The position numbers were made by a program, and so were the translations under genes. From Lama guanicoe (Eukaryota), in assembly GCA_013239625.1 (NCBI GenBank), contig MU053482.1:2891168-2955167 (forward strand): 64,000 bases of DNA, given 5' to 3'. How positions within the stretch are numbered: position 1 is the stretch's first letter; every line of letters starts with the position of its first letter. Below the pieces are notes generated by a model. It had not been told where the DNA came from. It saw nothing but the letters and a program-made list of their open reading frames with translations, and did not search any database. Below are positions 1 to 10,720 of the stretch, one piece after another.

Positions 1-316
1 CTACATTCCATCCAGGGCTAGCCTCAGATTCCTTTTCTATCCCTACCACACGGACACAGCACACTGACTCTCAGGGCTGTGCACCCACAGGAATGAAGGT
101 TTTCCACCCTGTTTATGTCCACCTCCTCAACAGCTGTCCTCAGGGCCCAGCTGAGGGCCAGTGGGACATGAGGCATGGGGAGAGGGAGGCTTTGTCTAGC
201 AACCCCCATTCCGTTCAGCCCTGAGCCCAGTAGCCTGCCGTCCTCCCCATCTGAACGCTCATTTCCTGTCCCGTGTTGCCCTGCCTCTGCTTTGACCAGC
301 AGCCTATGGTGGTCTC

Positions 317-2300
317 TTGATTACAGTGGGTTTTGGTGTGCTCCGCTGTGGCCTCATCCTGTCTAGGGCTCTGCTTCCTGGGCTGCAACTGTTTTCCAGG
401 TTAGGGAGGTTTTCAGCTATTATCTCTTCAAATATTTTCTCAGGCCCTTTTTCCTCTTCTCCTTCTGGGACCCCTATAATGGGAATGTTAGTGAACTTGA
501 TGTTGTCCCAAAGGTCTCTTAAACTACCCTCATTTCTTTTCTTCTTTCTCCTTTTTCTGTTTAGCAGCAGTAGTTTCCACTACTGACTGTCTTTCAGCTC
601 ACAGATCATTCTTCTGAATCATTTAGTCCACTACTGATTCCTTCTAGTGTATTTTTCATTTCATTTATTGTATTCTTCATCTCTGGTTGATCTTTATACT
701 TTTATTAAAAACTACTAAATTCTTGCTCTGTGCATCCATTCTCCCCCCGAGTTCTTTGGTCACTTTTACAGTCATTATGCTAAACTCTTTCTTGGGTAGA
801 TTGCCTATCTCCTCATTACTTAGTTCCTCTTCTGGGATTTTCTCTTGTTCCTTTGGGTACGACATATTCCTCTGCTGCTTCATTTTGTCTGAGTTGCTAT
901 TTGTATTTTTATGTATGTGGTGGGTTATTTATGTTTCTCAACCTTGGAGCAGTGGCCCTCTGTAGGAGACGTCCTATGCATCCCAGCAGTGCATTCCCCT
1001 GTCAGCCAAGCCATATGCTCAAGGGGTTCCCCCTAAGAGGGCCTTGTGGGTCCTTCTGTTAGGGCACGCTGACTATGTGGGTGGTCTGGGAGACTAGGTT
1101 GGACCCTGGTCCCGTTGGTTGCCAGGCCCTGCCTTGTACGGAGGGTGCTGGCTGCTATTTAATGGGGCCTGGTTACTAGGCAGCTGGTTGTGGAACCACA
1201 GGGGCCCCGGGGCTAGTGCTGGCTCACAGGTGGGCGGAGTCAGGGTCCTGAAGACTTTGGGGCTGCTGCCCTCCCACTAGCAGGTGAAGCCAGTTCCCGG
1301 GGTTAGTGCCAGACGACTGGCAGGCAGAGCTGGCTCCTGCAGTTTGGCTGCAGGACCTGGGGATCCCAGACCTCGCTGCAGATCATTGGTGGGGGTCCAG
1401 TCGTTGACACCGCGGAGTATGGAGTCTAGGGTGTCCCGAAGGTTGCACTGGCCTGCTAGTGGGCAGGGCCAGGGCCCAGCTGGTCCCAGCATAGGGTCCG
1501 GCTTGCTGTTGGTGGGCTCAGTCCCGCGAGATTTCTGCTTCTAGTGTCGACACCGGGGAGGGTGAGGCGGGTCTAGAGGCTTGTGCAGGCTTCCTGGAGG
1601 GAAGAGCCGGTGCCTGCCCACTGGTGAGTGGAGCCGGGTCCTGGCCCTCTGGTGGCCCTCAGGGCCGTGTGTAGGGAGAGGCCCTGGAGGGTGGGCTCTG
1701 GAAGCCTGCAGGCTGCCTGTCCGGGTGCGGTGGGGCTGAGTGCCGAGTTGGGCGCTTGGCCTGCGGCGTCTCAGCGCCGCACCTGGGGGCTGCGGGGCGG
1801 GGCCGGGAAGGTTTTCAAAATGGCGCCGCCAAGCCGGACGCCAGCACCAGCGCCCTCGCAGCACGGGTAGCTCCCGGGGAAGCTGCCGCCAGTGTCCCGG
1901 CCCCAGGGTGAGCCTCAGCTGAACCCCCCGCCTCTCCGGGAGTCTCTCCAAGACCGGCAGGTAGGTCTGGCCCAGGCTCCTATCAAATTACTGCTTTTGC
2001 CCTCCAGCCCTGTTTGCGCGTGGGATTTGGTGTGCGCCCATTAGCAGTGAAGTCTCTGTTTCTCTGGGTCTTGTGGGGCTCCTGCCGTTAAGTCCCGCTG
2101 GCCTTCAAAGCCAAATGCTCTGGGGGTTCGTCTTCCCAGTGCCGGACCCCCGGGTTGGGGAGCCTGACGCAGGGCTCAGAACTCACACCTGTGGGAAAAC
2201 GTCTGCAAGATACTTATTCTCCAGGTTGTGCGTCACCCACCTGGGGGGATGGGGTTTGCTTATATTGAAAGTCCACCCCTCCTGTCTGGCTCCTTGTGGT
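317..2300 (-). mobile_element. LINE-1 5' part: decayed ORF1 (~317-890) and GC-rich 5' UTR
   Basis: ORF 677..883 MKQQRNMS..KEQEK..EIGNLPKKEF resembles the laurasiatherian L1 ORF1 N-terminus. Positions 390-540 on the minus strand encode the ORF1 segment RDLWDNIK..NIPIIGVPEGEE..GPENIFEEIIAENLPNL. Confidence 0.85.
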
Positions 2301-2671
2301 TGCTTCCATCATGGGTTCTTTTGCCTTTTGGGTTCGAGCAGCCAACAACGAAACTAAAGCTAAGGTCAATGCAGCACAAACTTTATCCAGTGGCTAAAGA
2401 ATGGAGAAGCAGGAACTAAGTTCACAGACCAACATCTCAGGTCCACCTGGTGAGAGGGATTTAATTTTACAGAGTAAAGACAAAGGGAGGAGGAGTGAGG
2501 CTAATGATGGGGAGCCATGTGCATTAGTCTACTGGGGAAGGGACAGGGCTTTTTCAAGGGAATGGAGCGCCACCCCTTTTTATCCTTTTTTGGCCCTTAA
2601 TGGACTATCCTGGCTGTTGGTAGGGGTGCCATTTAATATGATAATATAGTCAAATTTACGTATAATAATGA

Positions 2672-3297
2672 TGTAGGAAAAACGAATGTCAGGCGTGAGG
2701 AGGGCCGGTTCCCAGGTCTTGGGGAGCCCAGGTGTGGGTCCTTGGTTTGGCGCAGGAAAGAATTCAAGAACGAGCCACAGCTGAGTAAATGTAGGTTTAT
2801 TTAGAGAGTTACATACTGTATGGAGTGTAGGCTGTTTCAAAAGTCAAGAGAAAGGCCACAGGCTGTGGGGTTGGGTGCTCAGGTTAGCGTTAAAGTAGGT
2901 ACACACTCCATAAACAGAGTGTGGGCTGTCTCCCAAGAGGAGGGAGCAACCAGGAGGAGTGGTGTTGCCAGTTTTTATGGGCTCTGTAGCTTCACACTCC
3001 TACAAATGGGAGGACCATTCCAAATACTCTGGCGAAGGGGCTGGGATTTTATTTGGGCCACCGCCCACTCTTTGACCTTTCGTGGTTAGCCTTGGGACTG
3101 TCATGGTGCCTGTGGGCATGTTATTTACCATGCTAATATGTTACAATGAGCATATAATGAAGCTCAAGTTCTATGGGAAGTCAAACCTTCCACCATCTTA
3201 ATCCTCAAGGCCTAGTGGGAGTTGAATCTTCCACTTTTGGTGTTAATTGCTGTCATTCCTTGAATTGCTGTGTCCTGCCCCTTTCCCTCCTGTCTCA
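2672..3297 (-). mobile_element. Solo LTR nested in the outer LTR
   Basis: TG...CA termini (tgtagg...tgtctca); minus-strand AATAAA near 2796-2801; no clean TSD seen. Confidence 0.65.
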
Positions 3298-3346
3298 GAA
3301 GACTCTGGGTCTGTTGGAGGTCAGAATCATCTTGTCACCTTGGTCC

Positions 3347-5976
3347 TATTAACCGGGAAAAGGGAACTAAGAATTACCTCGGTTCTTAGTCACCTGAAAA
3401 AAAAAGAATTTTTGACGTTGAGACTAAAAATGTGATATAAGCAAGATTTTTATTAGTGAAGTTAAAAAAAAAGTAGTGAAAGGTGGTCCACGAGAGGAAA
3501 AATAGCACCGCTCCTTTGTTCTTCCTGTTTTTATATCCTGGACCTTTGATTGATTGATTGATTGATGGACAGCTCAGGTACCGTGTGTTCTGGATTGTTC
3601 TTTTCCCCTTCCTCTCCCCCTGCCCAGTGCTCATTTCTATCTAAACTACCTATCATTTCCCCCTCTAGTCACAGGACACCAAATCTTGGGAACACAGAGA
3701 GCGAGGACTGCTCTAGCTACTTCCTGCTGAGCTGGGGTAATGATGGAGCTCCTTGGGGTCCCAGACTAGCTGGCTGTCCCTGGGCCGGTGGTGAGCGAAG
3801 GGTCGGTGTCCATTGAGGGGCTTGTATAAAAGCCATCTTGCCTGATTGGTTGGTTACCTTTTTGTATAACCATTTGAAGTTTGACTCTAGATGAGAAGAA
3901 ACACATTTTATAAGAAGGTTGAAAAGATCCAGGTCAAATACATAGAGCTAATCCTAGCCAAGGGATGGAGGGGGCAAACAAGTGTCATGCCTACTTAAAA
4001 AGAAAAATTATCTTTAAAAAATTGATTTCTGTGCTTTCTGGTGGTTTAGGTTTTAGAAGGCAGATGTAGGAATGTTAGTCCAGTGAACTAAAGGAGGACC
4101 CTAATGTCAGAAACATTTTAAATTAGTGTTAAGAGTTTGATGGGGGCCTAAAAAAGAGAAAAGATTAAAGCCAGTTACTTTAAAAAAAAAAGTTTATCTA
4201 ACAGGTTATCCATACCCCCCTAGGGCGATGAAACGGTCTCACTGGAGTGTTGCCTGAAAAGCAGTCACAGATCGCTAAGAGATTCACAAGAATATGTGGC
4301 TCCCTTGGTGAACAGATCTCACCGACCAACAGGTGAGATCTGTTCTAGCTCCTAAAGAAATGGATAGGGGTTCATGACATAGGTGAAAGGGAAGATACTC
4401 GTCTGGTGATGGTAATAGTGTAACAGGATTGAGTGTCCCACAAACAGAGACAGTGACATCTGGGTTTTCCAATTAATAATGCCTGAAACTTAATAAGCCG
4501 AGCATCTGAGAGATGTCCCTTGCCTTTTAAAAGATCAGAAACTTGACGGTTAGTGTATGCTTGTATAGGGATCCCCAGAGTTAGCTCAAAAACTTCCTCC
4601 AGGAGAGTGGAGAGGGCTCCAAGCACTCTTAGGCAGGAAGGCCAGCCTCGAGCAGTAGGATCTAGCCACTTGGAAAGATATCCCATGGGCTGTTGGGAGA
4701 TCTCTGCCTAAAAGTGGGCTAGGGCATTCTGGCATGCATAAGAAAGAATGTGCTAATGAGTGTTCACCCCATAAACAACAAACCAGGTGAGTAAAGAATC
4801 TTAAGGTCAGAGTACCTGTGACGCTCATGATGGTACAAAATCTAGAGGAGAAGGGTTTGGAGAGGGAAGTTAGAGTAGGTGGCGCCGGGCTACTGGGGGC
4901 CTGGTACGTGAGGATGATGGCTGCCCTGGAAGGGTTGCAATCATCTGGGCATGCCTGGCCTCCTTCCTTCTTTCTTTGTCTCTCCTGAGCCTTGGCCTCT
5001 TGCACCTGACCTATAGGCCGTGCTTCCTCACAGGGAAGTCAGTATTGTGGCCAGGCAACATTACAGAGGAATATGTGTTTTTCTTTTAAGGGTTTGTAGA
5101 TTAAAATGGTCCCAGTTGATCAATATGCAGCCCAAAGGAGTCCCAGCAGGGATAGATTCTTGATTTCCCATGTGAAAAACAAGGGTAGGATACAGGGGGG
5201 TTTCCAGAGCTTAGCGTCCTAAGGTGAAAGGCCCGTGGACCAGGCTGATGTCTCAGCCTCTGTCCACAACCAAGTGCATCCTAGAGGGTAGTCATGAATC
5301 AGCAGGGCCTAGCGTCCTAGGGTCCTGATTCGGGGATGGAAGCTGATGTCTCAGCCTCCACTCCAGAAAGGGGGAAACGGCCACAGTCTTACCGTGTGCT
5401 GGGTATCTCCGTGGTCTGATTGGAATGATCTCCTTTAGTTTAGCCAGTGGCTGGTCACCCTACCACGCCTTGTATTTTTGGTCCAGCTGCCACAACTGGC
5501 CCCAGGAGCTTGTGCTTTGCTGGCTGGCCACAGGGAGGGAGAGGGAAATGAAGGAGGAAGGATTAAGTTTAAGTACGCCAGCCGAGTCACAGCACCAAAA
5601 TTAATGCTAGCAGGAAAAGGGAAATAAGAATTACCTCGGTTCTTAGTCACCCAAAAAAAAAAAAAGAATTTTTGACGAGAGACAAAAAGTGTGATATGAG
5701 CAAGATTTTTATTAGTGAAGTAAAAAAACAAAAAATAGTGAAAGGTAGTACACTTCCAAGAATGGGGAGCAGGCCAATCCAACAGAGAAAAAATGGCGCC
5801 ATTCCTTTGTTTTTCATATTTTTATATCTGGTTTCATGAGTGAATGATTAATTGATTGACAACTCAGTTCCCTGCACTCTGGCTGATTGACAGCTCAGGT
5901 TCCTTGTGTTCTGGATTGTTCCTTTCCCCTTCCTCTCCCCCTGCCCAGTGCTCATTTCTATCTAAGCTACCTAATA
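3347..5976 (-). mobile_element. Internally deleted class I (ERV1) provirus: 5' LTR 5605-5976, 3' LTR 3347-3655, with gag/pro/pol/env remnants
   Basis: Two similar LTRs; TSD GTCC at 3343-3346 and 5977-5980; PBS at 5580-5597; PPT at 3656-3666. Gag MGNQESIPAGTPLGCILINWDHF starts at 5171; protease motif HSFLCMPECPSPLLGRDL; pol motif YLSKWLDPTARGWPSCLR; env-tail-like segment at ~3845-3990. Confidence 0.92.
5580..5597 (-). promoter_or_regulatory. Retroviral primer-binding site, tRNA-His type
   Basis: TGGTGCTGTGACTCGGCT matches the tRNA-His PBS TGGTGCCGTGACTCGGAT at 16/18 positions, 7 nt inside the 5' LTR end. Confidence 0.85.
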
Positions 5977-6187
5977 GTCCCAGCTGGTTCCGTCTGTTTT
6001 TTTACTTTTTTGTGTGTAGCTACTTATCTCTGGACCCTTTAACTTAAAGATTTATGGAGGAAAAAAAGATTTATGTTCACTCCTGCTAAAGGTGGGGGTG
6101 GGGGGGTTGGCAGGTTTAGAGCAAGGACACTCAAGGTGGGGGCTGGCGGAGGTCTTTGAGCAAAGACTTGGAGCAGTTCTGGCAACA

Positions 6188-6312
6188 GTTGTAGATCTTT
6201 TCTGGTGGGTTCCAGTCTTTTTCATTGATGGTGGTTCTGCGGGTAGCTGTGGTTTTGGTGTGCTCCTGAGCGGAGGGGAGCTCAAGGCCTTTCTACTCCG
6301 CCATCTTGGCGG
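6188..6312 (-). mobile_element. Extreme 5' end of the same L1, separated from it by LTR insertions
   Basis: Minus strand reads ccaagatggcggagtagaaaggccttgagctc..., a typical L1 start with a YY1 site. Confidence 0.75.
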
Positions 6313-8059
6313 CTGTCTCTCCCAGGATGAGTCCCTGAGAACGCCCTCCCTGGGCCCTACTTTCTATGTTTTCCCTCCTCTGCTCTCAGGGTCTCTGCCC
6401 TTCCTGGTGGGTCAGCCAGCACCCTTCTGGGCTGGTTCTCCTGGGAGGATGAACTGTAAGCCTACAGGCTGGTTTCAGGGGTGCCAGGACGCCATGCACA
6501 TTAGTCCCCCAAAGCCTGTGCCCACCCCCTCCTTCCACAGAAGGCGTGAGCAGCATCAGTGTCCAGCGTTGCCAATCTGGGCTCTCTGCTCCCGAGTGGA
6601 GGCTTTTAAGCCTGAAATATTTGTTCACAAGGAATACATGAGAAATCCAAAAAAGGTGCAGAGGCGGAAGATTTCATCCCCGAGTCCCAAGGCCCTGTTC
6701 TCCCAGCATGATTAGCTCTAAGATACGAGGGCAGCGTGAACGGCTTCTCTCTCCAGTGGCTGCCCTCACAGCCTGAGATTCTAACAGATCAGTGCTTGGC
6801 CTTTGAAAGTACTGAGTTGGAAAGGAGCTTGGATTTCAGAGTGACCTGGGTTCTACTCATGGTTCTACCTTGAGGTGGCACCTTGGCTGAGTTGGATTCA
6901 GAGTCTGCATCCTCAGAGGAATTCTGCACCGCTAGCTGATGTGTCTTCCTGAGGGTGTCACACCTGGAGGCACACAGTGTCCATCTGTCCCACACTGGTG
7001 AAGGGATGCATGACCTGCTCAGGTTTCTCCACATTGCAGAGACACGCTCCCCGCTGATGTTTCGTCTCAGTGCATTTCGTTAGAAAGTCACGGGGTGAGG
7101 GGCTTTCCATCTTGGCTGGGGCGGGTCCTGTAATGGGGATTTTGCCCTCGGACTGACAGGTGTGAGGTCCTGGGGTGGAGGCTCCTCCCACCAGGCTCCC
7201 ACTTCCCCAGTCACACCAGCCATTGGCGTGGCCCCAGCAGGCTGTGAAGTGGATCTCAAGGGCCTGGGGTGGCTGCCTCCCAGGAGACCCCCAAGAGCCC
7301 CCAGGCTCTGCTTTCCCCTCAAGGGATCCTATGCCTTTTCTGCTAGGGCCTCACCCAGAGGCTGCTGACCCCATGGCCACATGTGAGGTTCTTGCTGAAC
7401 CCCCTCAACACCAGAGGGGGCTGCTCCCATTGGCACTTCAGCTTTGATGAGCTCTCTTGAAGGCAAGCCCAGAGCTTGGGCAGGGCAGGCAGCCTCCTCA
7501 GGGCTGCTGTAGGCCTTTAGTAAACGCTGGCTTGTTAATGGCCCTTTTCTGAAATAAAGCCTTGTTCTCAAATATACCCCTGATTCAGTCCCCCTGGACG
7601 CCGCTAGAGCTTGATGGACCGACCTACAGCTCTCCTCTCACTGGGGGCATTTGCCTCACTGTCTCCTGGCGTTGGGGACATGTTTCCCTTCCTTTCTTCT
7701 TAAAGAAACTGAATCCTAGAGTATACGGAGGGTGGACCATCCATCCTACTGCTGCACCTCCCAGTCTCCTTCCCTCCAGCCATCTCTGGGAGATTTCATG
7801 CAAATAGAGATGATAGAAAACCCAGAACTTCCAGAATTCCCTTGGGGGACGGCGGAAGAGACCCCTTCTCCATGTGATTAAAAAAGTAGTAGTTACATTT
7901 GTAGTTTTTTATCACAAAGTAATGCCCATCCAGTGTGGAAAATGGAGAAAAAGCATGGATGCAAAGGGAACAAAATCCTGTGCTGTAACCCGCCCCGCGG
8001 TGATGGACAATCCTGCACTCAGAGCCACTGGACCAAGTCCTTAGGGGCCCAGACCCAGG

Positions 8060-8600
8060 GGCAGGGAAAGTTGCCCGGCTTTGGGGCAAATGCCCTGGTG
8101 CGGGGCGCCAGGACCGACGCGGCCGCCAGAGGGCAGGCGTGTGCCGCGGACTCAGATCCCAGCTGGTGGACGCGCGCTGCTCTCCGGGTTCCGCGGGCGG
8201 ACGCGGGCCAACGCGGGCCGGGCGGGGCGGGTCACTGTGGCTGCGTCCCCTCGCTCCTGGGCCGGCAAGGGGGCGGCGGGTCGCAGCTTGTCGAGGTCGG
8301 AGGAGGCCCTCAGGCGCGGGGCCCTGCAGCCAGCTCATTTTATCTTCAACACCCGGGGAAGTTGGCGCTGCTTTCCTATTTTGCCGACCAGGAGAGTGAG
8401 GCTCAGAGAGTTAGGCAGTTGCCCAAGGGGACACAGGCCACGACGGATCTGGGACAAAACCTAGGTGTCCCAACTCTAGGGCAGCTCCCAGCCATTCCCG
8501 GCAGTGCATGTGCCAGCAAATGCAGGCAGGCCTGGGGGCCCGGAGGGGCGAGGGTGGGAGCCCCCCCGTTCCTCCTCAGCCCCGGGGGTATTTCCTCTTG
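8060..8600. promoter_or_regulatory. CpG island with GC boxes (candidate promoter or enhancer)
   Basis: Dense CpG at 8095-8325; overlapping GGGCGG boxes (gggcggggcggg) at ~8220-8231; core is not a recognisable repeat. Confidence 0.7.
8370..8475. repeat. MIR SINE fragment
   Basis: Core motif gaggctcagagagttaggcagttgcccaaggggacacag. Confidence 0.6.
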
Positions 8601-10469
8601 GAGGCCCATGGAGGGCCCTGCTGGCACCCGGAGACACCACGGTCATGGCCCCCACCTCCCCTGTCCCCTGGGGCACACAGCCTGAGCCCTGTTTCTGTAA
8701 GTGCCTCAGAAAGGAGCAGCCCTCTCCCCTCTGTGTCTGTGCTTGGCTGGAGGCTGCCAGTTGGGGTGAGAGTGGGTGAGAATGGAGGAGGAGCAGCCAA
8801 CAAGCGGGGGCCTGTTTCCTGCCTGGCTTGACCCGGGTTCTCCCCAGGGAGGCCCCAGCAAACTGAGCAAGGCCATGGGGCGAAATTCCAGCCTGAGCCC
8901 TGAGCAGTAACTTCACTTTTCCTGATAAGACCCAAGAAAGGACACGGAGTGTCCTCCCCACACCCCCTCCCTGTCAGCACCCCTGCTCTTGTGAAGCCTC
9001 TGCTGCAGACAGCCTGCCTAGAGAAGAGACAAAGATAGACCCTGGGACAGATAAGGAGAGAGACAGCCAGGCACAGATAGGGCAAGGAGCACACATGGAG
9101 CAGATGGGGGTGGGGGGCCGGGACAGGGCCGCAGCCCAGGCAGCAGGTCTGGGGCCCCAGAGGTCAGAAAAGGTTTTTGGCTTCGTGTTGGAGAAGGATG
9201 CAGTCATGGTGGAAACAGATGGGGTTTTGTGTGGTAGGAAATGAATTGGGCTGGCAGCCCTGCACCTCTGGGCCTGGAACCTGACCTGTGCCAACCTAGG
9301 ACTGGTGGGTGAAGGTGACAGAGGAGTCAATGTGGGGTGTGGCCTCGGAGCCTCCAGGAGGCTAGGCCACAGGGGTTGAGATGAGGGTCCTATACCTGTG
9401 GTGGAGGGGCAGGCAGAGGCCCTCAGGGGCACAGACAGCTGTGCTCAGGTTGCTGGGTCTCTCCTGCTCAGGACCTCTTCTTCCTCATATAGAATATTTG
9501 CACCCAACACTGGCTGTTTGGCTTGGCAAGTGAGCATGGCCATAAAGTCACAGCTGGCCTGCAGACGCCCAGTCACCTTGTACAGCTGAGTCAGTCACCA
9601 CCACTTCCCCCACCCGCTGGGGGGCGAGGGCCTCTGCTCACGCCTGCATACACAGGCAGGTATACACAGACCCCGGGTGGGGCTGAGTCAGAGCTACCTC
9701 CTCAGAGAGCACGTGCCTGCATGCACACGCACACGGGTGCCCACAGACGCTACACATACCTGATTCTGAGTCACTGGCACTGCTGAACCCTGAGGGAGGG
9801 CACCAGGGCTGCGTTCTACCTTCCTGTTTAGATGCAGAAACCCATATATACGCAGGTACTGTACACGTGCCCACCGTATATCCTGCTTGTCACACTTAGG
9901 CAATAAATGTTGGTGGAATGGGTAAATGAGAGAACAAGCGAATGAATGAACAAACAAGTGAAAATATGAGTGACACCCACACTGCTTGGAAAGTCGGTAA
10001 AATGGGTTGGGGCAGTGCTGCAGGGTGGGTCCCAAGTCTGTGTCTGCAGGGAGTTGTCTTGCTCCAAATATAGCCTCCGTGGGCGGGCTGGGAGCCAGGG
10101 CTGCCTCCCAGACTGTGACTTCACTGGGCTGAGGCCCAGCCTCTGAGGAGTTGGAGAAAATTAACAGAGAAGAGGCCCCAGCTTTCCACAGTGAGGGCTG
10201 AAGTGTGAGACTAGACCTGGTGGGCGACTGTGTACACTGGCAGTGTCACTTGCTCAGCTGTAGGACCGAGGGCTCTGCAGATGGGCCCAGAAAGGACTGG
10301 TTCTGGGTTGGGCCCCGGGGAACTACCTGTCCTGCACGTCTTGGGCCAGGTGTGCGGGCAGCACAGCCCCACTTGAGGGCAGGGACAGTACAGTGCCTGG
10401 GTGCATCTGATGTGGGCCAGACCAAGGCCCTTAGGCAGTCCCCCGTCTGGGCAGGCTTGACTCTTCTTT

Positions 10470-10720
10470 CTCTGGCCACTGCCCTATTTCATCATCTAGA
10501 ATGTTGCAGTCTTACCCCAACTGGTCTTTTTGCCTTTAGACTCCCCTGTCTAGTCCATCTTGCTCACTTCACAGCTGCCAGAATTCTTCTAAATTACAGG
10601 TCTGATTATGTAACTTTTCTGCTTAAAAGCCTTCCATAGTTTCGTGCTGTTTAGCAATGAAGCTGGATTGCCTTAGCCTGGTGCTCATGACCCGTCGTAA
10701 TCTGGCCCCACTCTACCATG
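10470..10720. repeat. L2 LINE fragment
   Basis: cacagctgccagaattcttctaaattacaggtctgattatgtaacttttctgcttaaaagccttccatag resembles L2. Confidence 0.55.

Larger units (their letters stand above)
2300..6187 (-). mobile_element. Outer ERV1-type solo LTR in pieces (~2300-2671, 3298-3346, 5977-6187), split by later insertions
   Basis: Ends in ...ggcaaca; the sequence reads continuously across the GTCC TSD (ttggtcc|cagctggtt); left boundary approximate. Confidence 0.6.

Noticed and set aside
6092..6715. 207-aa ORF
   Set aside because: Spans an LTR end, the antisense L1 5' end and unique DNA; non-ATG start; no protein similarity recognised
7796..8685. Long ORFs (250 aa on +, 180 aa on -) over the CpG island
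   Set aside because: Low-complexity G/A/R/P-rich translations in several frames are expected from GC-rich DNA; no recognisable domain; they cross a MIR
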